From a virus (Duplodnaviria > Caudoviricetes), in IMG/VR virus record IMGVR_UViG_3300047564_004945, positions 1 through 28,506 of that record: a stretch of DNA of 28,506 nt; one strand, 5' to 3'. The stretch's first letter is position 1. Each line of letters starts with the position of its first letter. Under the pieces are notes generated by a model. The model searched no databases. It saw only the letters and a list, made by a program, of their open reading frames with translations, and was not told the DNA's origin. Made by a program: the position numbers and the translations under genes. Shown here piece by piece: positions 9,501-17,793 of the stretch.

Positions 9501-12500
9501 GATGGGGTTCAAATGGTTCTGATAATTTTGGTAGACTTGGCATTAATTCAAGTATTAATATTAATATATCCACTCCAATTACTACATTTGCTGGAGGAAC
9601 TAATTGGAAACAAGTTTCATGCAAATACAACCACGTTTGTGCAATTAAGACTGATGGAACCTTATGGGTTTGGGGTACAGGAAATTTTGGAAGACTTGGA
9701 ACTAATAATCAATCAAATAACCTAACACCAGTTACTACATTCTCTGGAGGAACTAATTGGAAACAAGTTAGTGCTGGAGCATTTCATACGGTAGCAATCA
9801 AAACCGATGGAACCTTATGGACTTGGGGTATTAATAATAATAGACAACTTGGATTGAATACTGATACTGCCAATAAACTAACACCAGTTACTACCTTTGC
9901 CGGAGGAACCGACTGGAAACAAGTCAGTTCTGGTATTAATCAGACGGCAGCAGTTAAAACCGATGGAACCTTATGGGTTTGGGGTAATGGAGTTAATGGA
10001 CGACTTGGAAATGGCATTATAACAGGTAATAGATCTACTCCAGTCACTACATTTGCTGGAGGAACTAATTGGAAACAAGTGAGTTCTGGTAATGACCATA
10101 CAGCAGCAGTCAAAACCGATGGAACTCTTTGGACCTGGGGATTTGGAGGTTCTGGAAAACTTGGAAATTTGGTAGCGGTAGGTCTTAGTGTATCCACTCC
10201 TGTTACTACATTTGCCGGAGGAACTAACTGGAAACAAGTAAGTTCTGGTAATGACCATACAGTAGCATTGAGAGATGATGGAGTAAATAAGCAACTTTAT
10301 GTTTGGGGAAATACTAATTTATTAGCAGTAAATATTCTAAATGATAATGAACCAAAAACAACATTTACTGGAGGAACCAACTGGAAACAAGTGAGTTCTG
10401 GAAATCAACATACAGTAGCAGTCAAGACCGATGGAACCTTATGGACTTGGGGTTATGGATCTTTTGGGAGACTTGGAAATGCGGACACGACTAGTAGATC
10501 CACTCCAGTCACTACATTTACTGGAGGAACTGATTGGAGACAAGTAGGTTCCGGAAGTTTACATACATCAGCAATCAAAACTGATGGAACTCTTTGGACT
10601 TGGGGTAATGGAAATTCCGGAAGACTTGGAAATGCAGTAACAACCAATGTATCCACTCCTGTTACTACCTTTGCCGGAGGAACCAACTGGAAACAAATAA
10701 ATGTTGGACCTGGACATAATGCTGCAATTAAGACCGATGGAACCTTGTGGACTTGGGGTAATGGAATTAGTGGACGACTTGGAAATGCCTCAACTTCAAT
10801 TATCAACTCCACTCCTATTACCACATTTGCCGGAGGAACCAACTGGAAACAAGTAAGTTCTGGCACCAATCATACAGTAGCACTTTTTGATGATGGAGTA
10901 AATAAAAGATTATATTCATTTGGAGATATTACATATACTGGAACAGGATCAATACGATTTTTTGTTCCTACTCTTATTGATAATAATGTCAACTGGAAGC
11001 AAGTAAGTGCTGGATCTAGGCATACAGCAGCAGTTAAAAATGATGGAACTTTATGGGTTTGGGGTAATGGAACTACTGGGGCTCTTGGTGGGTTTTCTTC
11101 ATTTAATAGATTTACTCCAACCACAACATTTGCCGGAGGAACCAATTGGAAACAAGTAAGTTCTGGAGATGCTCATACAGCAGCAATTAAGACCGATGGA
11201 ACCTTATGGACTTGGGGTCGTGGAACTTATGGAAGACTTGGAAATGGTATTGTAACTGGTGATAGACTTACTCCAGTCACCACATTCGCCGGAGGAACCA
11301 ACTGGAAACAAGTGAGTGCTGGGGCTCTTCATACATCAGCAATCAAGACCGATGGAACCTTGTGGACTTGGGGTAATGGAATTAGTGGACGACTTGGAAA
11401 TGCCTCAACTTCAATTATCAACTCCACTCCTGTTACTACATTTGCCGGAGGAACCAACTGGAAACAAGTCAGTGCTGGAGAACTTCATACGGCAGCAATT
11501 AAGACTGATGGAACCTTATGGACTTGGGGTTATGGAAATTCTGGACAACTTGGAAATACGGGCATAACTAATAGATCTACTCCAGTCACCACATTTGCCG
11601 GGGGAACTAATTGGAAACAAGTCTTTACCAGTCTTTCTCATACAATAGCACTTAAAGATGATGGAATTAATAAGGAATTGTATATATTTGGTGAAAATAA
11701 TTATTTAATAGGGAATACTAATTCAACTACTAGTAATGGAAATATTCCTGCAACTACCTTTGCTGGTGGAACCAACTGGAAACAAGTAAGTATTTCGGGA
11801 AGAAATACGGCAGCAGTTAAAAATGATGGAACTCTATGGACTTGGGGTCTTAATGCAAAAGGAGAACTTGGAAATACTAAAACAGAAGAGAGATCAACTC
11901 CAGTAACTACCTTTGCCGGTGGAACTAATTGGAAACAAGTGGATGTTGGATACAATCATACAGTAGCAATCAAGACAGATGGAACTCTATGGACTTGGGG
12001 TTATGATTCGAATTTAGGAATTGGATCATTATTATTTGAGCAATATACTAGTACTCCAATAACTACTTTTGCCGGTGGAACTAACTGGGCAAATACGCCA
12101 ACATCAAATCCAGAAGATCTTTATACTATATCATCTTCATCAGGATTTAGTTTTGAGTTTGATTATGCATCGATGGCAATTAAGACCGATGGAACTTTAT
12201 GGGTTTGGGGCACAAATCAATATGGATCATTGGGTACAAATAATACGAATAATGCTTTTACACCAGTTACCACATTCACAGGGGGGACAAATTGGAAGCA
12301 AATAGTAGCAGGATATTATACTACGGCAGCAATTAAGACCGATGGAACTCTATGGACTTGGGGAGTGGAATTTGATGGTAGACTTGGTAATAATAAAGTT
12401 TCATCTGCAAATGTGCTTACTCCAATCACTACATTTGCGGGAGGATCTAATTGGAAACAAGTGAGTACTGGATATTCTGCAACTGGAGCAATTAAGACCG

Positions 12501-13456
12501 ATGGCACTTTATGGTTATGGGGTTATAATATAAATGGGCAAGTTGGTAATAATAATGATATTGAAGTTAATACTCCAGTCACCACATTTGCCGGAGGAAC
12601 CAACTGGAAACAAATAAGTTGTGGAGGATATACAACCGCAGCAATCAAAACTGATGGGACATTATGGGTTTGGGGTGCTAATTTTTATGGTCAACTTGGA
12701 GATCTTGGTTATGGATTTCAATCTCTTACTCCAATCACTACTTTTGCCGGTGGAACTAATTGGAAACAAGTAAGTTCTGGACAAAGTCACATTGCGGCAG
12801 TTAAGACTGATGGAACCTTATGGTTATGGGGAACGAATAGAAACGGAGAACTTGGAAATGGTGAATCTAATACATTTACAGATGTAGTTACTCCAATCAC
12901 TACTTTTGCCGGTGGAACTAACTGGAAACAAGTAAGTTGTGGAGGGGAACTATCGGATTCACGTTATTCATCTACAGCAGCAATTAAGACTGATGGAACT
13001 CTATGGACTTGGGGGTATAATTATTCTGGAGTATTAGGTATAAACACTACAGACAATTCATCTACTCCGGTAACTACATTTGCTGGTGGAACTGATTGGG
13101 TACAAGTTTCTACATCTGCATCAAGTACTTTAGCACTTAAAAATAATGGATCTTTATATGTTTTTGGAGTTACAGCATCCTTGGGAGTTAATTATTCAAA
13201 TGTTGTTAGTACTCCATCCACCACATTTGCAGGAGGATCTAATTGGAAACAAGTGAGTAGTTCGTATTCAACGGGAGCAATCAAAACTGATGGAACTCTA
13301 TGGACTTGGGGTCTTGCCGGAGCCGGTAAACTTGGAAACGGGACAATAATAGGTTCTATATTATCTCCGATTACCACATTTGCAGGTGGAACTGATTGGA
13401 AACAAGTAAGTATTGGTCCAAATAATGCAGCAGCAATCAAGTCCGTAGATTTTTGA
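6581..13456 (+). CDS. Giant RCC1/BLIP-II repeat beta-propeller protein 2 (42 repeats, six predicted 7-blade propellers, branched/nested); putative virion adhesin
   Basis: 42 RCC1-type repeats with the same scaffold as gene 1, after a 44-aa N-terminal leader with no signal-peptide-like hydrophobic core. Confidence 0.9.
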   Translation: MSSNRVQTNFRDSDGIDLGTKLITKDYLISVYPEIGQQIGIPPELWMWGQAGSGRLGNRIATGSISTPVTTFTGGTDWKQVSTGANNTFAIKTDGTLWSWGSIVTSVQFNSSSSVPRSVPITAFSGETNWKQVSTGQFSTAAIKTDGTLWFWGSNFSRVFGNNAVLGSVNPVTTLYTQGSWKQVSLSSDEIAAIKTDGTLWTWGSSSASSNLGRPYPDFYISTPITVSSGGTNWAIVDTDPENLYTLSAGFQHTAAIKTDGTLWTWGNGLYGRLGNAVTTGNASTPVTTFTGGTNWRQVSGGDLHTAAIKTDGTLWTWSFGGDGQLGNADITNKSTPVTTFTGGTNWKQVSSGLYHTSAIKTDGTLWTWGVGNYGQLGNAIITGNRSTPTTTFAGGTNWKQVSSGLRYTTAIKTDGTLWTWGYGTSGRLGNAVTTGNISTPVTTFAGGTNWRQVSGGGEHTTAIKTDGTLWTWGGGNSGQLGNTGITNRSTPVTTFAGGTNWKQVNAGGFHTAAIKTDGTLWTWGDGGLGALGNFQVTFRSTPITTFAGGSNWKQVSSGSARTMALRDDGVNKELFTWGNGLYGSLGNADITDRSTPVTTFVGGTNWADIDTDPENLYTLSISRERSAAIKTDGTLWVWGNGSYYLGIGDNIEYTFTPVTTFTGGINWKQISVGYNHTAAIKTDGTLWTWGRSQDVGIVIFNISTPATTFAGGNNWADTPTVEPEDLYTLSAGNLHTSAIKTDGTLWAWGSASLGTLGNAVASGNISTPVTTFAGGTNWKQISGGNSHTSAIKTDGTLWTWGNGFNGRLGNRIATGSRSTPITTFAGGTDWKQVSSGNDHTSAIKTDGTLWTWGSGTNGQLGRPQFISAISTPVTTFAGGNNWADTPTVEPEDLYTLSAGGKHTAAIKTDGTLWTWGDNVYGQLGTNDLFSKITPVTTFSGGTNWKQISCNVYTEATPFGESIFAIKTDGTLWGWGSNGSDNFGRLGINSSININISTPITTFAGGTNWKQVSCKYNHVCAIKTDGTLWVWGTGNFGRLGTNNQSNNLTPVTTFSGGTNWKQVSAGAFHTVAIKTDGTLWTWGINNNRQLGLNTDTANKLTPVTTFAGGTDWKQVSSGINQTAAVKTDGTLWVWGNGVNGRLGNGIITGNRSTPVTTFAGGTNWKQVSSGNDHTAAVKTDGTLWTWGFGGSGKLGNLVAVGLSVSTPVTTFAGGTNWKQVSSGNDHTVALRDDGVNKQLYVWGNTNLLAVNILNDNEPKTTFTGGTNWKQVSSGNQHTVAVKTDGTLWTWGYGSFGRLGNADTTSRSTPVTTFTGGTDWRQVGSGSLHTSAIKTDGTLWTWGNGNSGRLGNAVTTNVSTPVTTFAGGTNWKQINVGPGHNAAIKTDGTLWTWGNGISGRLGNASTSIINSTPITTFAGGTNWKQVSSGTNHTVALFDDGVNKRLYSFGDITYTGTGSIRFFVPTLIDNNVNWKQVSAGSRHTAAVKNDGTLWVWGNGTTGALGGFSSFNRFTPTTTFAGGTNWKQVSSGDAHTAAIKTDGTLWTWGRGTYGRLGNGIVTGDRLTPVTTFAGGTNWKQVSAGALHTSAIKTDGTLWTWGNGISGRLGNASTSIINSTPVTTFAGGTNWKQVSAGELHTAAIKTDGTLWTWGYGNSGQLGNTGITNRSTPVTTFAGGTNWKQVFTSLSHTIALKDDGINKELYIFGENNYLIGNTNSTTSNGNIPATTFAGGTNWKQVSISGRNTAAVKNDGTLWTWGLNAKGELGNTKTEERSTPVTTFAGGTNWKQVDVGYNHTVAIKTDGTLWTWGYDSNLGIGSLLFEQYTSTPITTFAGGTNWANTPTSNPEDLYTISSSSGFSFEFDYASMAIKTDGTLWVWGTNQYGSLGTNNTNNAFTPVTTFTGGTNWKQIVAGYYTTAAIKTDGTLWTWGVEFDGRLGNNKVSSANVLTPITTFAGGSNWKQVSTGYSATGAIKTDGTLWLWGYNINGQVGNNNDIEVNTPVTTFAGGTNWKQISCGGYTTAAIKTDGTLWVWGANFYGQLGDLGYGFQSLTPITTFAGGTNWKQVSSGQSHIAAVKTDGTLWLWGTNRNGELGNGESNTFTDVVTPITTFAGGTNWKQVSCGGELSDSRYSSTAAIKTDGTLWTWGYNYSGVLGINTTDNSSTPVTTFAGGTDWVQVSTSASSTLALKNNGSLYVFGVTASLGVNYSNVVSTPSTTFAGGSNWKQVSSSYSTGAIKTDGTLWTWGLAGAGKLGNGTIIGSILSPITTFAGGTDWKQVSIGPNNAAAIKSVDF

Positions 13457-13462
13457 TAAATA
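13455..13462 (+). promoter_or_regulatory. Candidate T4-like late promoter (GATAAATA)
   Basis: NATAAATA overlapping the stop of gene 2, ~25 nt upstream of the ATG at 13487. Confidence 0.45.
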
Positions 13463-13486
13463 CAACAAATTAACATAATATTCTTT

Positions 13487-14827
13487 ATGAACCCTCTTGA
13501 GTTGGTCACAAAAACACTATATTCGTTTGAAGAAAAGGAACTTACTACAAAAGTTCTTCAGGCATTTGGAAAGAGGGCAGAAACTTTCCAACAATATAAT
13601 GATGTAGCAAAGATTTTTTTTGAGATTAAAGAGTTCTCGAATGCGATTACTTATGGCGAAAAAGCACTTAAGTTGGCAAAGTCAAAAGAAGAACTTTATG
13701 TGACTGCAAAAAATTTAATTAACGCATACAATCAAAATAATTATCCAGAAAAAGCAATAACTCAAATTTCAAAAATCAAATCACAAAATCCTCAAGATAC
13801 TGAACTTCTTTTAGAGGAAACTTTTTCTTATTCTGCTCTTAATCAAAAAGAGAAATCTGAAAAACTTTTATTTGATCTGATTAAAAAATCATTACCAGAA
13901 GAAATAGAAAGAAAAGCATATCATAATCTTTCTGGTCACTACTTCCGCAAGGATGATATTCACACAGGACTTCAACATTTTCTCAAGGCAGGAGAAGTAG
14001 AAGCATATAAAAATCGGGAACTTCCACCATTTCCAAAGTGGGATGGGACAGTTATTCCAAATCAAACTATTGTAATTGATAGTCAGTGTGGTGCTGGTGA
14101 TGAAATTATTCACGTTCGTTTTATGAAACATCTTGAAGAACTTGGAATGAAACCAATCTGGACAACAACCAGAAGAGATATTCAAAAATTGTTCAATTAT
14201 AATGGATTTGAAACTGTATGTGTATGGGACAAACCAGATCTACCTAAAGATGCACAGTGGGTTTATGCTCTTGCACTTCCTTATTATCTCAATCTTAAGG
14301 TAGAAGATTTGGGACAAACACCTTACTTAAAACCACTCCCAGAAAAAGAAACGCAATATTCCTATCTACAAGAAGATCAAAACTATAAGATTGGAATGTT
14401 CTGGAACTCTGGTTCTGGATTTGAACAGGCACATTTCCGTTCTATAGATCCTCAACCATTATTTGATACACTCTCAAAAACAAGTGCATCTTTATATTCA
14501 TTACAACTTCCAGACCAAACACCACCAGAAGGATATGATGTAAAGACTTTTGATATTCCTAATCGTGACTTTACAGATACATTCTCACTTGTATCTCAAA
14601 TGGATCTGGTAATTACTTCCTGCACTTCGATTGCTCATATTGCAGCAGCACAAGGTAAGGAAGTTTGCGTCTTTGTTCCTATTATGGAGTATTATCTTTG
14701 GACTAGTTCCACAGGAAAATCTTGGTGGTATGGAGATAATGTTCATCTGTTTAAACAAAAGAAACCCAGAAACTGGGACGAACCTCTGAAACAATTGGAG
14801 GAGTTTTTAAATGATAGAGCAATATGA
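13487..14827 (+). CDS. TPR-repeat protein with C-terminal GT-B (GT9/heptosyltransferase-like) glycosyltransferase domain
   Basis: Helical TPR-like N-terminus (YNDVAKIFFEIKEFSNAITYGEKALKL; AYHNLSGHYFR). Then PKWDG...IVIDSQCGAGDEIIHVRF, KIGMFW, YSLQ and DFTDTFSLVSQMDLVITSCTSIAHIAAAQGK, the typical TPR+GT9-like signature. Confidence 0.8.
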   Translation: MNPLELVTKTLYSFEEKELTTKVLQAFGKRAETFQQYNDVAKIFFEIKEFSNAITYGEKALKLAKSKEELYVTAKNLINAYNQNNYPEKAITQISKIKSQNPQDTELLLEETFSYSALNQKEKSEKLLFDLIKKSLPEEIERKAYHNLSGHYFRKDDIHTGLQHFLKAGEVEAYKNRELPPFPKWDGTVIPNQTIVIDSQCGAGDEIIHVRFMKHLEELGMKPIWTTTRRDIQKLFNYNGFETVCVWDKPDLPKDAQWVYALALPYYLNLKVEDLGQTPYLKPLPEKETQYSYLQEDQNYKIGMFWNSGSGFEQAHFRSIDPQPLFDTLSKTSASLYSLQLPDQTPPEGYDVKTFDIPNRDFTDTFSLVSQMDLVITSCTSIAHIAAAQGKEVCVFVPIMEYYLWTSSTGKSWWYGDNVHLFKQKKPRNWDEPLKQLEEFLNDRAI

Positions 14828-15311
14828 TCTATCCTTCTTGAACCTACATAGCATATGTAATGTCTTGTACTCAAGTAAAACTAGTGATCACGGTCTTCTT
14901 ACAAAAGGGACTTCTAGTTTTAACTTTGGAATGCCAACATTGATGTATGAAGAGTTGCAGAGTTTAAACAAAATTATTAAAAAATATGTTAAACTGTACT
15001 GTGATAAGTATGATATTTCAAAACTTAAATTTATTAATAGTTGGTTTAATATTACAGAACCTGGAAGTAGATTAAAGGCACATAATCATGGGGAAAATGG
15101 TGAGAGTATTTTAAGCGGAGCATTTTATGTTTCTGTCGGTAAAAATTCAGTACCACTAATTCTTCCCAATACTTCTATCAAACCTTATCCTGGTTTGTTA
15201 ATTATTTTTCCAAGTTCATTCACACATTATACTGAAGAAGAACGGGAACAAAGGATAGTCATTAGTTTTAATATGGATTATGAAGAAAGCACTCGTTACA
15301 CTGGACATTAA
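14811..15311 (+). CDS. Putative 2OG-Fe(II) oxygenase (TIGR02466-like, phage type)
   Basis: SWFNI...AHNH...LSGAFYV...PYPGLLIIFPSSFTHYT...RIVISFN: HxH...H metal ligands and terminal R-x-x-x-S-x-N. Confidence 0.8.
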   Translation: MIEQYDLSFLNLHSICNVLYSSKTSDHGLLTKGTSSFNFGMPTLMYEELQSLNKIIKKYVKLYCDKYDISKLKFINSWFNITEPGSRLKAHNHGENGESILSGAFYVSVGKNSVPLILPNTSIKPYPGLLIIFPSSFTHYTEEEREQRIVISFNMDYEESTRYTGH

Positions 15312-16002
15312 TTACAATAAAGAAATCACTAAATTCACATATCCTTACATGAGGAAGTATGCTGAAAAGATTGGTGCAGATTTTATTATCATCAACGAAA
15401 GAAAGTTTCCACATCTCTCTTGCAATATGGAAAAGTTCCAGTTGTATGAGATTGGAGCAAATTATGATTGGACAATTTTTATTGATGCGGATGCTTTGAT
15501 ACATCCAAACTGTCCCGACTTAACAGAGATTTATGATAAAGACTGTGTGATTTTTAATCGTCATGACTACTATCCATTTCGTTTCAAGCACAATAACTAT
15601 GTAAGAAGAGATGGAAGAAACATTGCTGCCTGCACCTGGGTTTGTATCTTTAGTGATTGGACAAGACATGCTTGGAAACCACATGAAGATCCAGAGCAAT
15701 TTGTAGATCAAATTAATCCTATGGATCTAGAAAAGAATTTTGGATACGAACCTCACCATATTCTTGATGATTATTTGGTGAGTCGTAATATTGCAAAGTA
15801 TGGATTAAAGGTTGAAAGTTTTTATCAGTTAATTCCCAAAGACGGGAAAATGAACTACTGGTTTAATCATGAGTTCTGTGTGAGTGAAGAGGATAAAATT
15901 AATCTTCTTCAAATGTGGACGGATAAAATAGAAAAAGGTTCTTACCGTGAAGAGAACCAAATCGATGAACAATTATGGGCTTGGAAGAGAGGTATGCTAT
16001 GA
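15280..16002 (+). CDS. Putative GT-A fold glycosyltransferase
   Basis: YMRKYAEKIGADFII...EKFQL...YDWTIFIDADALI: DxD after a hydrophobic strand, as in GT8/GT34-like enzymes. Confidence 0.6.
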   Translation: MKKALVTLDINYNKEITKFTYPYMRKYAEKIGADFIIINERKFPHLSCNMEKFQLYEIGANYDWTIFIDADALIHPNCPDLTEIYDKDCVIFNRHDYYPFRFKHNNYVRRDGRNIAACTWVCIFSDWTRHAWKPHEDPEQFVDQINPMDLEKNFGYEPHHILDDYLVSRNIAKYGLKVESFYQLIPKDGKMNYWFNHEFCVSEEDKINLLQMWTDKIEKGSYREENQIDEQLWAWKRGML

Positions 16003-16778
16003 AGTTTTTATTTTTAGTTGGATCCGCACTGAAGCATTTTCAGGAAGATAAGTTTAGTGCCTATACAGAGGAGCAGAGATTTGAACAGACACTGGAAACA
16101 ATTAAGTCGGTTAGAGAAAAAGCACCAGAATCTTATATCATATTATTTGAATGTTCTTCCAGATCTATAGAAGAAAGACATAAAGAGATCTTAAGAAAAG
16201 AGTGTGATTTATTTCTGGAGTTTTATGATGAACCTGGATTGAAAGCACTTTATGCGAATATTCAAAAGGATTCTAAGTATATTACATACGGAAAATCTTT
16301 ATTGGAAACAAGGGGTCTACTGAATACTCTTTACTTTGTTCAGCAGCATAATTTGTTCAATGACAGTCAAAGAGTTTTTAAATTGACGGGAAGATATACT
16401 TTAAATGATTATTTTGATATTAAAGATTATGAAAGTAAATTTCTGGAAAATTATTATGTAATTAAAAAATATGATTATCTGACAGAAGAGCAGGAAAACT
16501 TTGATGAGAAAGAATTAGAAAATGTTTATGCCTATCTCTATGGTGCCAAAGGAATGATGGTGACTGGGTTGTGGTCTTTTGATAGATCACTGTTTTATGA
16601 TGCAGTATCTTCACTTGAAAAGGCATTTGTATATCTGGAAAGAATGATGCAGTATACTGCCGGAACTGATATTGAGCATTCTTTATATCGGTTTTTGAAT
16701 AAGAAAAATATAATTAGTATTCCAAATCTTGGATTAAGTGTCATTAAGGGAATGGAAGGAGTTCAATATAACATATGA
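15999..16778 (+). CDS. Hypothetical protein, possibly glycosyltransferase-like
   Basis: ORF track start is 15975, but ATG 15999 has an ATGA overlap with the upstream stop and GAGAGG just upstream, so it is the likelier start. Motifs RFEQTLETIKSVREKAP..IILFECS and VFKLTGRY resemble viral GT-like proteins. Confidence 0.55.
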   Translation: MKFLFLVGSALKHFQEDKFSAYTEEQRFEQTLETIKSVREKAPESYIILFECSSRSIEERHKEILRKECDLFLEFYDEPGLKALYANIQKDSKYITYGKSLLETRGLLNTLYFVQQHNLFNDSQRVFKLTGRYTLNDYFDIKDYESKFLENYYVIKKYDYLTEEQENFDEKELENVYAYLYGAKGMMVTGLWSFDRSLFYDAVSSLEKAFVYLERMMQYTAGTDIEHSLYRFLNKKNIISIPNLGLSVIKGMEGVQYNI

Positions 16779-17431
16779 AACTAGCAATCTTTTATCATAT
16801 CTCTCAACTTGCCTTTGGTGCTTTCATGTATCAATCTCAAGTACATAGACTTTATACATCTGGTCTAATTCAAAATGCAAACCATATTCACTTTGGTTTA
16901 AATGGTGACAAAGAACTTTTTAATGTTCCAGAAAATGCAACGGTAAAGATAAACACTAACTGGAAAGAAGAAACCGAAACATTAATTTCATTGAGAGATT
17001 TTTGTAAGGAGAATACTGATTACAAAGTTCTTTATTTTCATATGAAAGGATTGACTCATCAGAGTATGAATGGTGAGAGTTGGAGACTGATGATGGAACA
17101 TTTTGTAATTGATAAGTGGAAGGAATGTGTTGAGAAGTTAGATGAATATGATGCCGTTGGAAGTAATCTTAAAATTCTAGGACCGACAACTTGGAGTGAT
17201 GGTAGGCAATCTTGGGAGAAGGCAGGAACAAAGCATTTTGTAGGAAACTTTTGGTGGGCGAATGCTTCTTATATAAATCAATTAGATAATTCATTTTTGA
17301 CTTCTGATTTTAGATTAGATAGAGAGTTCTGGATTGGAACTGGGAATGGGAACATGAAATCTTTGTATCAACCAGATGATTATGAACCATATCAATATTT
17401 TTATAGGGAGGTAGATTATGTCAAAGTTTAG
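16775..17431 (+). CDS. Hypothetical protein, possibly glycosyltransferase-like (LYFHxKG / GNFWWA type)
   Basis: KVLYFHMKG, WRLMMEHF, HFVGNFWWANASYINQL, REFWIG: a motif set seen in viral glycan-island proteins. Start overlaps the upstream stop. Confidence 0.55.
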   Translation: MKLAIFYHISQLAFGAFMYQSQVHRLYTSGLIQNANHIHFGLNGDKELFNVPENATVKINTNWKEETETLISLRDFCKENTDYKVLYFHMKGLTHQSMNGESWRLMMEHFVIDKWKECVEKLDEYDAVGSNLKILGPTTWSDGRQSWEKAGTKHFVGNFWWANASYINQLDNSFLTSDFRLDREFWIGTGNGNMKSLYQPDDYEPYQYFYREVDYVKV

Positions 17432-17777
17432 ATCTTGTGGAGATTGTACGGCGTGTTGCTCTTGGTTAATAGGTGATGCCTTTGGATGGGAATTTGGATG
17501 TGGAAAATCTTGTAAATTTTTAGAAGAAGGTAGGTGTGGAGTTCATAAGGCACGACCAGAGGTTTGTAGAAATTACCAATGTGCCTGGAGTCAATCTTTA
17601 TTACCCGAAGAAATGAGACCTGATAAGTGTAACGTATTAATTTCTGTTGAAAATAATCATATGGGTCAATATCTAAAGGTACTTCCGATAAATAATAAAG
17701 AAATAAGTAATGAAATGTTAGAGTGGTTAAAAAATTGGAGTGAGAAAATGAATACTCCGATAGTTATTTCCAAGTAA
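17418..17777 (+). CDS. CxxCxxCC cysteine-cluster protein (YkgJ / putative Zn- or Fe-S-chelating family)
   Basis: RSCGDCTACC...SCKFLEEGRCGVHKARPEVCRNYQCAW matches the CxxCxxCC family pattern. Confidence 0.8.
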   Translation: MSKFRSCGDCTACCSWLIGDAFGWEFGCGKSCKFLEEGRCGVHKARPEVCRNYQCAWSQSLLPEEMRPDKCNVLISVENNHMGQYLKVLPINNKEISNEMLEWLKNWSEKMNTPIVISK

Positions 17778-17793
17778 AAATATTCCCATCTCA

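Noticed and set aside
15975-15998. ORF-track start at 15975 (and likewise the TTG start at 25348)
   Set aside because: Downstream ATGs at 15999 and 25363 form ATGA stop/start overlaps typical of this operon and are more plausible.
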